Source of the DNA: Octopus vulgaris
Taxonomy: Eukaryota
Reading direction: 5' to 3'
Length of the DNA stretch: 64,000 nucleotides
NCBI GenBank assembly: GCA_951406725.2
Contig: OX597823.1
Location: 42,780,001 to 42,844,000, forward strand
The translations under genes were made by a program, and so were the position numbers. The notes under the pieces are model-generated. The model was given only the letters and a program-made list of their open reading frames with translations, ran no database searches and was not told where the DNA came from. Shown piece after piece: positions 38,918-53,594 of this stretch; the stretch's first letter is position 1; every line of letters begins with the position of its first letter.

Positions 38918-41384
38918 TATTTATATATATATATATATATATATGTATATGTATATGTATATAGGTGTATGTATGTGCATATATTTATATATGTATGTAT
39001 GTGTATATATATATATATATTCATGAGTATGTATATGCATATATATGTATATATATGTATATGTATATATATATATATGTTTATAAATAAGAATGTATCT
39101 ATCTATATGTGTATATATATATATGTATGTATGTATGTATGATGCTTCCACAGTTTCGGTGTACCAAATTAACTGAAAAGTCATTAGCCGGCTCGACGCG
39201 TCGTGGGACTCAACACGAAACTATATGATTGCAAAACGAGATTCTTAATCCTATTACTACACCTTGTTTAGTATTATTTCTATTGGCATCAAGGGAGGGG
39301 TATCGGGGCCCCATGAAGTTACGATAACTTCATTCCAGAAGTCTGGTTGGAATGCTTGCCATAAAGTAAACACCGATAACGGTGTCTCTTGAACAAATAG
39401 CTGGTTCCCAAAAAAAAAAAAAAAAAAAGCAGGAAACAAGGCGAATGTATCACCGGCGACACCACCAACAAGAGGATGCCTTCAGTATTTGTTTATATAA
39501 CTGTAATCTACACTGAAAATACCATACGAAAACGGCTATCAATTGTGATAATGCAATGTTTGTACGTGCAAGGTCATTATATTCAATATTTGTGTATGTT
39601 ATTAGGAAAAGTAATCAATTTTCTTAATGTACAAACATTTTTAAAAATAGTATTTTATTTTTTGCAAAGAACTTCTCTTTGTTGCGGTAGGTCGGGTGGA
39701 ATCGATTCGTATGATTTATATCGAGATAAGTGCATTTAACAACATCAATGTCTTGAGTAGACTCGTGTAGATTTTTAGATATCTCTTTTACTTATTCCTA
39801 ATACTAGAAGAAAATTATATGCTTATTAAAAGCTTAGAACAGTTGATGTCTATTGGAAGTTATTTGCTACAGAAAATGCAACGTTGACTGAAAACAAATT
39901 GAAACAAGCTGACAATACGTATTCTCATGTATAAATATAAATAAAGAAAACAACCCGATCCCTTAAATGTCATACAAATTCTCCCGCCAAAACACATTGA
40001 TGTCATCGAAATATTAGCATTTACAATATTTCCTTGTTTGTTCGATTTCCAATACCTTCAGGACATTTTTTTTTATGCACTGACTAATAATTACAGAATT
40101 AATATTAAGATTAGAATTTAATTACTATCTCGGTGTCTAATTAATCAAGAGTAGGAAACACCTAGCGTTCCACGTATTATTCGGTTCGTTAGCCATTGTG
40201 TTTTGTTTTGTTGCACTCTTTGTTTCTTTTATCCTTTTCATCTAGACACGATCATAACACAAGAGGTGAAACTAAAGACATGTTTTCCTTGCCTCTTTTT
40301 CGATCGAAACAAAGTCGTGTTTCTCGCCATCGTCTTCTGGACATAATTATCGCAGTGTGTCACACTAATTAATATCTCATTAACATGTACTTGTTTCTTT
40401 TATTTCTTAAATTTGATTTCTATTATCCTGTTGTTGTTGTTTTTGTTGTTGTTGTTGTTGTAATTATTGTTATTGTTTCTATTGTAGTTAAAATGATAAA
40501 TCCTTTTGTAGTGAGCATTAACAATATTTCAATAAACACACACGCAAACACACAAATATGTACACACACACACACATACACACATACACACACACACACA
40601 CACACTTATAGGTATATATTCGAATCTATGAAAAACACACACACATATAAAATCACACTTAAAAGCGCTTACGTATATATGTATTTGCGTGGATACATTC
40701 AAGAGTACGTGCTGAGTATATGTATGTGTGAGAGTATTTGTGTGTGTATGAATATATTGTTAAAAACTAGCAAATTAATTAGAAACATTTAGAATGAAGT
40801 ATGTTATCTCTGTCTAAGTGCAGTAGTAATATTTATATCAAAAGTTTGTCTGTAGGAAAATACCCGAAAAAGTGTTTGAAATGGTAAATACTAAAACGGT
40901 AGAATAGAAATATGACGTAGAAAAGTTCGATCAGTTAGTATTATCATAGCAATTTGTAGACGAAAACTTCCTTTAGGTATGTTTGATGCCTAAGAACATC
41001 AAACGAAAATGATAGCTTCAGCAAAGTAGCTGATCGAAATCTGTACTCTTTTACTCTTTTACTTGTTTCAGTTCTTTGACTGTGGCCATGCTGGAGCACC
41101 GCCTTTGGGCGAGCAAATTGAATTACAGGTACAACGCACTTTTGCCAGCTGAATGGACTAGAACAACATGAAATAAAGTGTCTGGCTTAAGGACACAACA
41201 CGCTGACCATATAAAGTTGTTTTTTTTTTTTAAATTAATCAGAACGAAGGATTACATATGCTTTTTCATACCAGTATTTTCAAAAGTTGTAAAGTATAAG
41301 TTTTTACTCCATAGAATGTGGGATATATCTGCACTTTTACATACTGTTTTGTACGAATTGCTGAATGTTTGGAATAGAAGGAAG

Positions 41385-41908
41385 GCAAAACCTAGCAAGT
41401 GGTACTTTGGAATTTTTACTCGAATCATTGTAAATGACCACAGAAGATATTTGAGTTGATCTATAAAATGAAACATCAAATTATGCAAATATTTTCATCA
41501 GAGAGGATCAAAAGTAACATCTGCTTTTGGTGATAAATAAAACCTGTGAATGCTAGATATTATAGGTAAAGGTCAAAGTTCATGTCTTTTTGACTTCTGG
41601 TGACCTTTTTACTGAATAAATTTGCTAATCATTCGCATGAACTTGTAGATCTTCAGCAGGAAATCATTTTAAGTGGTCATTGGAAATATTTTGGCGATGA
41701 GTTGCAAAGTTAGAGCTGTTTGAATTATCCATACCCCCAATTTTCTACCTCCATCTGTAAAAGTGGGCGTGGTCAAAAAGTCCATGGTGGGCATCTTCCA
41801 TTCCAGTTTTTTGACTTGATAGACCCAGAGCTTCATGAAAATACCCATTAAAGTAAGTCATAAAGAGGGAGGAGGTGAAGCATGACCCCCACTTGCCCAT
41901 GTCCTATG
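41385..41908. mobile_element. Unclassified DNA-transposon-like fragment
   Basis: GCAAGTGG / CCACTTGC inverted motif at the ends, with internal AAGGTCAA/TGACCT and GGGCGTGG motifs common in non-autonomous DNA elements. Confidence 0.3.
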
Positions 41909-42438
41909 TATATATGAGAGGGAGGGAGAGAGAGAGCCTGACATGGATACCTTGTTAGAATACCGAATACTGCGTTATTAGCATTGAAAGGTCCTCATAT
42001 TTAGGCTATTGGTGCACAAAAGCACTGAATTCCTATATCATGGATTTCCCATATTACATGGTTTCATTCTACAAGAAATATCAGATGGAAGCGCCCGATC
42101 ACTGTATTCCAGTCAATTCTTGCTGCTACGATATATAGAATATCAGCATCTTTACGGCCATTGATGTCGCAAATAGTGAGCAGGCTTATTAAAAATTAAT
42201 TATTAGTGTCGGAAGAAATATCAATTATTACTGACGGAAGCAGAATTAATAACAAAATTTAATCTTTATATCCAACTTATCAAGGGTGTCTTGTTAGAAC
42301 ATCGTATACTGCATTATTAACCTTGAGAGATCTCATGTAAGCACTTGGTAGCTAAAGCTGTTTATATATAAAGAATACATTTTGCTATTAATACTGCTTC
42401 TGTAGCTAATAATTGAAATATATATATATAATATATAT

Positions 42439-42810
42439 TCATAGGACGTCGACAGGACACCCCAATACTGTTTTCACACATTTTTCCCATTCATCTCGAT
42501 ATTCCATAACGGTCCTCAGCTCCTGTAACCTTTCTATACCAGTATCCTCCAACAAGTTGTCGATATAGGTCGTCTTCTTCCTTCCTCTCCTAGTTCTTCC
42601 TTCCGTTGGTTGCCAGAGCACCAGCTTGTTAGCAATTTCATCGGTGTGTCTGATGCAGTGTCCAGCTAGCCTCACCCTTCTATGCTGTATCTTCAAGATT
42701 ACTTTTGGTAGTCCCTGGTATAAGTCGGCGTTTGTTGTATGACCCTTCCAGGAGACATTGAGTTCCAATGTAAGCACTCTCGTATAACAACCATCTAATT
42801 GCCGGTAGCA
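42439..42810 (-). mobile_element. RTE-clade LINE 3' end (5'-truncated)
   Basis: LDGCYTRVL..LNVSWKGHTTNADLY..IQHRRVRLAGHCIRH..LVLWQPTEGRTRRGRKKTTYIDNL..MEYRDEW is the characteristic RTE C-terminus. Ends at (TA)n. Confidence 0.9.
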
Positions 42811-43100
42811 CAACTTCCGCTGGACTAGATATCTCTCAAGGTTCACAGACAATAGATGTACGCGTGTAATTGCCTGTAGTTATTCAAGAAATAACCGCTC
42901 CGAAGCCCCATCTCACCGGCGATGAAGGACAATCTATTTAAGAAATAAGGGACAAGATGAAAATGAGTAGCATAATCAAGAAAGTTGGAACCGCATTGTG
43001 CCCACAATGTATAACATCTAATAATTTGATCATCGATACAATGATATATATATACGAATATTACATTGAATGCACAACCGTTTGTGTGTATATATATATA

Positions 43101-43588
<488 letters not shown>

Positions 43589-43687
43589 TGTATATGTATA
43601 TATATATAGGCACACACATACACACACGTGTACACGTATGAATGTATATACTCACATATATATAGATCAATTTTTTCAATCTCAATA

Positions 43688-43907
43688 CAGTAATCACTCG
43701 CCATAACGCGGTTCACCTATCGCGATTTATTGTTTAAGCATACGCCAATTCCTACGTGGTGTTGTTTTGCATTTATAAAATAAATACATACAAATTATAA
43801 AAATATTTTTTAAGATTATACAGTACAGTACTGTTTCTATTTCGCGGATTTTCACCTATTGCGGTGGGTTTTGGAACTTAACAGCCGCGATAGTCAAGGG
43901 ATTACTG
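43688..43907. mobile_element. pogo/Tigger-type MITE
   Basis: TIRs CAGTAATCACTCGCCATAACGCGG and CAGTAATCCCTTGACTATCGCGG (reverse complement), flanked by TA on both sides. Confidence 0.85.
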
Positions 43908-45057
43908 TAGAATATGCTTGGCAGAAGTCTAATATGACTAAAACATGCTTTTTCCTTTCATCGGTAGACTTAAAGACCAGGTCAGTTCTATTATACATTG
44001 TCTTTATTGCCTACAACTTCTCATGAGCTGATCATAACGGAGTTCTCTCCAATTGCTTATTGAATTTAAATATAAATATTGAGAGAGTTTTATCTACTAC
44101 AGTTATGGATTATCTCAGCTGATCAAACTTCTTCAACTCGTTAATATGCTTAATTTATTATGGAAATTTGTAATGACATTCTCTGATGTAATGCAAAGGC
44201 AAATACATAAAAATGGACGGGCAAAATACCTAAAAAAACAAACAATATCTGCCGAAACATTAAAACGAACATAGCCTAACAATTGGAGTTTCAAGAATGA
44301 GAGAACTGATATTAATGACGATTTTAATTAGCTAAATGACAAAGTGTAGTTGGGGAGGAATAATACAGTTGTTGAAAATGATCAAGCTGTTGCCATGGAA
44401 TGTTTCATTCAAATAATTTTAAAATGAGACACCAAAAAAATTCGAAAATTTTTATAAATTTGCCGGAGAAATTTCAGATGAATCTAAAAGATTCACAACG
44501 ACTATTGTCAACAGTAGTTCACCCAACACAGTTAGTAACTATGTGTTGTAGCTGTTGGTGTTTTTCTTGTTGTTATTGTTACTGTTGTTGTTGTTTATAT
44601 TATTACGGAACCATTACCAGAGGCATCAATGGCAGGATTTAAGGAATTAGCATTTGAAATACATATCTTATTCACTCTCTCTCTCTCTCTTTCTCAGTCT
44701 TTCTCACTCTCATTCTCTTTCTCTCTCAATTTCTTTCTCTCTCTCTGTCTCATCGTATTTTTACCATACCATTTCTATCTCTATCTCTTCTGTACAAAGA
44801 TCCTACTCAGAATATTAAGAGAATCGATTCAGATTTAATGCGATAATATATACAATAATATATAAATATAGCTAATAGGTAGACACACTGGAAAATATAA
44901 TCAAGCAATACACAAACGTTTATAGGTGCATGTATGTATGTATATATATATATATATAAATATACATATATACATAAATACATGTATACATATATACATA
45001 CATAAATGTATATACATACGCACACACACGCATTCACTCACATATATAGATATATAC

Positions 45058-45157
<100 letters not shown>

Positions 45158-45964
45158 ATAAGTGATACATGTTATTTCCCTCCTTTGTGTTGCTGGCAGT
45201 CAGATAATCATAAGTGTGTATGGTCTATGCTCACGGGCTGTCTGCTACAGCGTACTTGAAGAGAGAAGCGCGCACGAGTGCGTGTATGTGTGTGTGTGTG
45301 TGCGTGTGTGTGAGTGTGCGTGTTATTTAGTGTGCGTGTTTGTTTGCGTGCGTGTGTGAGTGTGTGTCATTATTTATATACACCGTAACACAGATTCCAA
45401 TGACATAGAGAAACAGCAAAAAGTGTCAAGAACCGAAAAAAGCGCACAATTTGGTATGCACCCGATTGCTATGCAAAAAAAATCTCACAATGCGAGAAAT
45501 CGATATTGGAAAGAGATTTTAAAATTGACTTACGGAAAACTGTAGTTGTTGGAATTATATTAACAAAGTGTTTTGTATTTATATCGAAAATGATTTTGGG
45601 GGAAAAGGTGATTATTGAGGGAAATTTATACAATCGGAAACAATGAAATTTTCAGTGATAATATACAGAATTATAATTACTTGCAAAAATATCACCCTTA
45701 GGACAGGTTTCTGCAAGTCACGAAATAATATTTACACATTTGAGTTCCACTTTCCTTAGTATTTCTGATATGTGTAATATATCTTTGTATTCTTTATTCG
45801 TCTAATGGCACTCACTCGCTCAATTTAGTAAATTATGAAAAACAGCAATTACTCAATGGCAATGTTTAAATTTATGACGAAATCAGGTATTATATGGATT
45901 TAACTTATCCACAGTTTATCATCAACTCTCTCTCCCTCCCTCTCTTCCTTCTCTCTATATACAC

Positions 45965-46026
<62 letters not shown>

Positions 46027-46044
46027 GTGTGTGTGTGTGTCCTG

Positions 46045-46330
46045 TTATGTGCATTTGTATTTGTGTACCATTTCTCCGTTTTTTTTCCCGTCCTTGTTTT
46101 CGTATACATTCGTTACTTTCTTCCAATGAATCTAGTACTCTTAGCTTAGGTTTTCCTTGGAGCTCGCCAGATTTGAGCAATCTTGAGTATAACCAGCCAA
46201 AATTGCAAAGATAATCTGGAACTCGACTGAGGAAAGAAAACTCCTTGTTTTTTCTTGTCCCTTTTCTGTATCATCTGCGTAGATCTTTTGCGTTCTTGTC
46301 CCATTTTTGTATTCCTTTTTATATACATAT
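46045..46330 (+). mobile_element. ~290-bp interspersed repeat (PLE-terminal-like) between (TA)n tracts
   Basis: Homologous to the reverse complement of 53595-53880 (GAGTATAACCAGCC.AAATTGCAAAGATAATCTGGAACTCGACTGAGGAAAG). Partial third copy at ~46635-46710. Confidence 0.75.
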
Positions 46331-46365
46331 GGCGGCGTACGTACATTTTCGTCTCTTATATGTAA

Positions 46366-46410
<45 letters not shown>

Positions 46411-46416
46411 TATATA

Positions 46417-46452
<36 letters not shown>

Positions 46453-46837
46453 TACATATATATATTAATCTTGTACGACTCTCCAATTCTTTCATTCTTT
46501 CTTTGTTTCTATCAGCCCCTTCCCACTTAATTTGTTCTTTTCACTCTTCTTTCTTTCGTTCCCCCTCTCTCACATTTCCTGGCTTTCTCTTCATTCTCAC
46601 CTTCCCTCCTGTTTCACTTCACGTTGTGCCTTTTCTTTTTTCTTGTCCCTTTTTTGTATCATCTGTCTGGACGTTTTGTGTTCTTGTCCCATTTTTTGTA
46701 TTCCTTTACACATACACATATATATGTATATATAACATTGGTTAGAGAACAATATATATACACACACACGCGCATATATATAAAATGCATATATATATAT
46801 ATATATATATATTTACAATTATACATATACATAATAC

Positions 46838-46884
<47 letters not shown>

Positions 46885-46918
46885 CAATCATACACGCATA
46901 CATACATATACATGATAC

Positions 46919-46953
<35 letters not shown>

Positions 46954-46991
46954 CATACATACATACATACATACATACATACATACATACA

Positions 46992-47930
46992 TACAGGAGG
47001 TGATATGAGAATGTTCCTGAACTAGTCACGTGTAATAACAGAAAATAACGTATTTATCTGAGTTCTAACATCTCCAAATAGGTCCTAGCGTTCTCGCTAC
47101 CTTTGTAATCCGGCCTGGAAGTCGCTTTCACCAAATGTCCTCCATCAACCGATTCAAAACATCATAGTAGAACTATCGATTGATGGTCTGGAACTGAGGA
47201 GCCAACTCTTGATGCAAAATAAGACGGATGTCGAAAAGACAAGATGCGTATCTTCTTGATTGAGCTGCGGCTCCGTCGTGCTTTCTTTATCCATGCAGAT
47301 GTAGGGTTCTTCCATTGTGTTGACTACCGCTTCGTCTCAGGGTCGTATTTGTCGACTCTACTCTCATCCCTGATGAGGATCCTCGACATGAAGGATGTGT
47401 CATCAGCGTTACGGTGACAGAGATCTTGACAGACTTCGACAAAATGTTCTTTCTGTTCAGTGATCAGCAGGCGAGGAACAAATACGCTGCATGTTCAATT
47501 CGCTGATTGTCCTACGATGATCCTCAAGAACAACCTGATGAATTTTCTTCACATTTCCGGGGGTGAGGTGCGTGGTAACTCTTCTAGATAGTTCATCATC
47601 TCCCAAGGACATTTTTCCGCTTCTGCAGCGCCCAGGCCACTTGAATCATTGCGTACGAACCATTGCCTCACTGCGGTAAGCTTACTGAAGCATGCTCAAT
47701 GTCCCTGTAATAGACTTCCCAAGTTTAACACAAAATTTCACCCTGTCTCTTTGTTCTTCTAGTCCATGAGAAAACCGCTGATTATAGCATACATCTGATC
47801 ACAAAAGCACAAATTTTACAACTTGCTAAGTAAACACAGCGATGTTACTCGGCACACTGCCTCATGAAGGTCACTGCTAGCTGTTACTGCTCACGCAACC
47901 GTGTGATGCTATCTGTTGGCGCGTAAACGG
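46992..47930 (-). mobile_element. Mariner transposon, internally deleted transposase pseudogene
   Basis: From ATG ~47767: EQR..VKFCVKLGKS..MLQ*AY..FKW..; FVPRLL; RILIRDESRVDKYDPETKR*STQW; FDIR..QTINR*FYYDVL. The YSPDL region is missing. TIR-like end after TA at ~46992. Confidence 0.85.
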
Positions 47931-48156
47931 CTCCTTTTCCCCTAAAAAGGAATGATTTGGCTGCTATTTGTTGCACCCCCTGCTACCACGTGACAGGTAG
48001 GTCAGATCCTATATTGCAAATAGCTGTTACGTAGTAGCAGGACATGTTAGAAATAGCAGCCAAACCTTTAGAGGTGTGATAACGTTTAATGCACTCGAAA
48101 AAAAACCTAGGGAAAAAAGCTATTCACACCGAGGTTACGAAGTTCATGATATATAT

Positions 48157-48386
48157 ATTTCTTTACTACCCACAAGGGGCTAAACACAGAGGGGACAAAC
48201 AAGGACAGACAAAGGGATTAAGTCGACTACATCGACCCCAGTGCGTAACTGGTACTTAATTTATCGACCCCGAAAGGATGAAAGGCAAAGTCGACCTCGG
48301 CGGAATTTGAACTCGGAACGTAACGACAGACGAAATACGGCTACGAATTTCGCCCGGCGTGCTAACGTTTCTACCAGTTCGCCGCC
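48157..48386 (-). mobile_element. SINE family A, young full-length copy, tail type 2
   Basis: Complete head GGCGGCGAACTGG.. to tail ..GCCCCTTGTGGGTAGTAAAGAAAT. Flanked by GTTCATGATATATAT (48142-48156 and 48404-48418). Confidence 0.95.
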
Positions 48387-48850
48387 TTTATTGATATATA
48401 TGTGTTCATGATATATATGTGCTTACTTATGTATATATGTGTGCATGTAAGCATGTACGTATGCAGATGTGTACATGCGTATGCATGTATATACGCAAGT
48501 ATGAAAAAGAAAAGCCGTTAGAAAACCGATTATAGCAGCGATTCCATCTAAGAATATTTGAAGAAGGAATATTATTCCAAAACATCATATCAGACTATGG
48601 ATGACTAAATTACAGCAGGTATGTAGCCCATTGTCTGTATTATAGTGCATTGTTGTACCATTCAAAACTTTTTATTCTTCACAAACAATACACAATGCTT
48701 CAAGCGAACTACAATACTCTCGTATGTATGTAGGTATGTGAGCATTTACATATGTAAGTGTGTAGGCGTGTCTGCATGTGTGTATATGTGTATGTATATG
48801 TAAACGTATGTTTATGTACTAATAAGTGTGTCTGCTCAAGTTGTACATAT

Positions 48851-49135
48851 CAGTGCTTTTCAAACTATCTGATGTGGCGTACTGGCAGCTTAGTTTCTCC
48901 AATGTGCCAGGGACCTGTAATATTCCTTAGTAATATTAATTTATACCGGAAACAGTATATATAATGAATATAATTAAAAGATGACAATTTTTTTAATCGT
49001 ATATTTATTATATAAACAAATAGTATATTACATAAACATTTTGTAAGCATTTTATGTTACTTCCTTTTCTGGAAACTCGTCGCGTACCAGCAGCTGCTGT
49101 TCCCGGAGCGGCATCCCCCACTTTGAGTAGCACTG
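48851..49135. mobile_element. hAT (Charlie-like) MITE
   Basis: TIRs CAGTGCTTTTCAAACT and CAGTGCTACTCAAAGT (reverse complement). 8-bp flanks GTACATAT and GCATATAT (6/8). Confidence 0.75.
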
Positions 49136-49494
49136 GCATATATGACTGTTACTCTGTCGAAGGTTGTATGTATATGTACTTACTGTAAAAAACAAATCGT
49201 AATTTTTCGTTGCCAAATCAGTCTAATCGAAAGGTTAGAGTTTCTTACCTTTCAGGCTAAAGTTAAATTCGGAACATTTTCACATCATGCACCATTTTGG
49301 ATATTTATACCCCCAAAAACCGAATATCTTAATAACTACCGCTCCAATTTACTCGAAACTTATTTCATTCCGTTCCTATTATCATTTCAGGGTAAACTTA
49401 ATTCATAGTATTTTCCCATTATGCTCCAGTTTGCCTGGATAACATTGCAAGCAAGCAAGAATGATATTGACTTTTAATGTATTATAGATATACA

Positions 49495-49650
49495 GGCTGC
49501 GTGGTAAGAAGCTTACTACCCAAACACATGGTTCATGGCTCAGTCCCACTTTGTCACATCTTGGGCAAGTGTCTTTTACTATAACTTCGTGCCGACCGAA
49601 GCCTCGAGAATGGATTTGATAGACGGAAACTGAAAGGCCGTCTTATATAT
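49495..49650 (+). mobile_element. SINE family B 5' half
   Basis: GGCTGCGTGGTAAGAAGCTT..TTGGGCAAGTGTCTT..GACGGAAACTGAAAG followed by (TA)n. Confidence 0.85.
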
Positions 49651-50274
49651 ATATATACAAGCACATGTGCACAAGTATGTTTCTTTTACCCTACTGCTTC
49701 TATACCCACCCCCAACCAACGCTTGTAAATTTCAGCGTTCCTCTATTTACTTTATTTTACGTTCACTCTGTATTTTCTCATTTTCTCTCTTTCTCTGTCT
49801 CTCTCTCACTCTCTTTCTCACTCTCTCTCTCACTCTTTATATCTATATAAAGAGAGAGAGAGAACGAAATATACATATATATGCATGTGTATGTGTGCGT
49901 GTGTGTATGTGTATGTGTGTGTGTGCGTGTGTGTATGTGTGTGTGTGTGTGATATTAAACGTAACTAGAGAATCCAACCAACAGCGAACCAACATCTATA
50001 TTTGCTTTTATTATGCAGAGATTGTTAAACACTTTATCCAATCTTTCCAAGTTATTTGAGCGTACTTTTATGGATTATTGAGAAGAAGAATGTCAATGCC
50101 CATCGCATTTTCATGGCCTCTTACACAGTTGGTGAGGAAAAGAAACTTGTAGATTGCTTTAATAAGAGTTCATTCATGCAGGTACTGAAATATCCTAAAA
50201 TCGGATACAATGTCTAAAAGCTAACATGAAAAAGAATTCCATTAACGATACCTTAAGCCAGCAGATGACGTTTA

Positions 50275-50661
50275 CCTTTCCAACGGTAATCATAGAGGTT
50301 CATATTCCGTTTGCATTCGTTTTCGTCTTTTGACGATGCATTTTCAATATACTTTGACATCAGCTTCTCCTAGGATATCACACGTTAAAAGTCATTCTCT
50401 AGACTATTACAGTTTTAAGAACTCGAATATAGCGTCCATCACGATGTTTGTCTATTGGTGACAAAAATGGCTGCTGCGAATCGAAATATTTTGGAAATAA
50501 ATTCTGAAGTACTACATTAAATTTCAAGATATTCTCTAAAAGAAGTTTCTGGAAGCTATATCCATTCAAAAGACAAATTGTTTCCTCAACAAGTAAAAAT
50601 TACCGGGCAGAACACGAACAGGTATGTGTTCGTAATAGCTATAGCCGTTAACTTGGAAAGG
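50275..50661. mobile_element. piggyBac-like MITE
   Basis: Ends CCTTTCCAA / TTGGAAAGG flanked by TTTA and TTAA. Confidence 0.5.
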
Positions 50662-50886
50662 TTAACGGAAAACTTTTAACAAATATAGTTGTATTTTCAA
50701 CACGATATGCTTCAAGGAGAAGTTACTTTGCATTTATGTGCAGACACATTCACATACATAAACATGTATACCTAAACACACACACACATTCACTCATACG
50801 CACGCGCACAGACACATATATTTATATTTAAATTTATAGGTGTATATATATATGTATATGTATTTATATATGCACATATATAAGTG

Positions 50887-51017
<131 letters not shown>

Positions 51018-51189
51018 GTACATACATACACATATGTATATTTATATATATATGTGTGTACGTATAAATGTATGTATGTATATATGCATTTATATGTACA
51101 TAATATAAATCATTTAACATGGCTGAAAAATGTGTACTCGATACAGACTTAGCATGCATTGCGTGTATCTTCTAGTCCAGATTAACGGA

Positions 51190-51510
51190 GAAAATTGTAA
51201 TACAGAATTCAGCAAGCAAAGCAATAACGTTGGTTTATATGTAGTTTCTCAGCTTCATTCCATATTGAAAGAATCGTCTTCTTGCTCCTTGAAACTCCAC
51301 ATGTAGCGGGAAATGGGGATGGAGTTTTCCTAGTCTCTGAACTTGAAGGTGTGCATGTATTGCATTCTAAATCTAACGCCATGTATGAAAGGATCCAGTC
51401 TTAAGAGAGTTAATATTAGGTACAATATTTCCTTTTTCTGAAGATGCATTTATATGAAGCTTGTTTCCACTTTTGTTAATATCATTGTGTTTTTAGATGG
51501 CAAACTCTTG
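51190..51510 (-). mobile_element. PLE GIY-YIG remnant
   Basis: MHTFKFRD*ENSIPISRYMWSFKEQE resembles H..SF...NST.LS.YIW.LK. Confidence 0.45.
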
Positions 51511-52250
51511 CTAAACTAAAATTAGTGCGGAGCTAAAGTAGTGAAAGTAAAGTGAGAAAGTAGTTGCAGAGACGATGTAATGTAAAAAGCGTCTTCAGAA
51601 AAAATAAGCTACAGCTATATAATATAATTAGTAAATATATGGAATGGCGTAATAACAGACACGTTAGTATACTCGTGCCTGTAGTTAGCTGATTAGCATG
51701 ACAGAGAGGAACTGACTTAAGATTATGTCTCGAAGTATGTGAAAATGGAGTTTAAAAAGGTGGGTACACTATGTAAATGCTTATATGGATGCAAAGAAAA
51801 ATTGTAAATGAGGGAAGCAAGAAACAGATATTAATATTGTCAAATGGTGATATGCATCATAGCTCAATTTAAATAGATTCGGTAACTAAAGTGGTGATGC
51901 AAACTTCCAGAATTTTAGTGTGTAGTTGTTGAAGTAGTATCATTTTGTGTAGGGTTGAGATCGAAAGTTTAGACACGTAATTGACTAAATGTTTATCAAA
52001 TGACTTTTTCGTCGGTGCAAAGGTTAAATCTCTTGTTTACTTAGTTCCAGTGATGTGCTGTTTTAAAGAACTTAAAGTCTCCAATGACTGTAAATTCCAG
52101 GAACGATAAACCACTGGACACATCTTAAACCAGCCATTTCCATCTGGTTTACATAGTTTGGTATACGTACTAGCTGTTGTAACGTTCATTATCTCCCCTC
52201 TGATTATATATATATATGCATATATGTATATATATATACATCAGATATAC

Positions 52251-52303
<53 letters not shown>

Positions 52304-52344
52304 TGTACCTGTGTATGCACATATACATATATGAGTGGGCATCT

Positions 52345-53155
52345 GTGTATAGACAACTTCCTAGATATTAGCATGAACTTTAGCTCTGGCAAATTTAAAC
52401 CCTACCTTAAACCAAATATTGAAGCCTCGTATAAAAGCATAGGATCCAGCCACCTACCAGCAGTCATTAACAACATTATCAAGCGCATCTCCAATCTATC
52501 CGCCGATAAAGACACTTTTGAAAAGGCCACCCCTTACGATAATACTTCATTAGAAAGGTCCAACTTCAAGAATAGTATAAATTACATTGAACCACACACA
52601 GATGGACCAAAAAGACGCAGACAGAGGGAAATTTTGTAGCATGAATGTAACCACTGACAAAGCTAGGAAATTCTTAAAGTAAATAGACAATCACTTCTCA
52701 CATTCACACAAATACCACAAGATCTTCAGCAAAAACACTGTTAAAGATAGCTATAGTGGCCTCCCCAATATAGGATCAATAATAGTCAACAACAATAAAA
52801 ACTGAACACATCAGAAACACCCGCAAAAGACAATGCATCATTAGATCTATAAACCACTGCCCTCTAAAAAACAACTGTCTCGAAAAAGAACTTGTATACA
52901 AAGCTAAAAAAAACGTAACATCTCTATCTAATATGATATGGACATTGTAATAAGGTAGAATAAGTAACCCCCAGGAAATACAAAAAACGAGGTACCAAAT
53001 GTAAACTCTGTATCACTGAAAAACTAAATATCATGCAACGGATTACATTCTAAATATTAGGGATGAAATCTTCTCTCCCTATATACACAAGCAATATTTC
53101 ACACTAAGACACTTCAAGGAGGAACCACCATCTGCGCCTAAACATGAAATTTGAA
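52345..53155 (+). mobile_element. Penelope-like element (Naiad-like) RT C-terminus, linker and GIY-YIG pseudogene
   Basis: NFLDISM..FKPYLKPN..SHLPAVI..RISNLS..; KFLK*IDNHF.HSHKYHKIFSKNTVKDSYS.LPN; HCPLKNNCL..LVYKA; CKLCITEKL; LNIRDEIFSP.IHK. Confidence 0.8.
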
Positions 53156-53594
53156 TATACGTAGCACACAAACTCCACACACGGAAGAAATATTCTCCCA
53201 TGACGAACTACCTCAGCACACAAGTATGCGAACATCACATATACCCAGAATATAATATAATGCAAACAAATGTACCATTTAACATGACTGTCTGCCCAAA
53301 GGTCAAATCAAAGGGAGATAACGACGCAAAAGGATGCCATTCAAGAGTTTCTTTAGAAGAATCGCAGCGAATTCAAGGAGCCTGCGTTTTTTTTTCCCAA
53401 ATAGAGACGAACACCATTCTTCCATGTGATTGGCATGAAAAATTCAGATATTAAGATATTTTTCTTGACAGGAAATCAATAGCAGCCTTAATACACAAAT
53501 AAAAAATTTCGATTCTCCAACGTAGTGTTCAGCACTCATTTTCATCGTTCGACATTTACGTATAGGTATATATACATACATAAAAACATATTTT

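Noticed and set aside
46225-46250. CTGAGGA as a hammerhead core (also 53699-53706, minus strand)
   Set aside because: No convincing stem II-GAAA-stem III-NUH arrangement in either copy.
47954-48064. TTTGGCTGCTATTT / AAATAGCAGCCAAA inverted pair, motif also in the 562-bp unit
   Set aside because: Only ~14-18 bp shared; likely fragments of a common repeat, insufficient to link to the ribozyme element.
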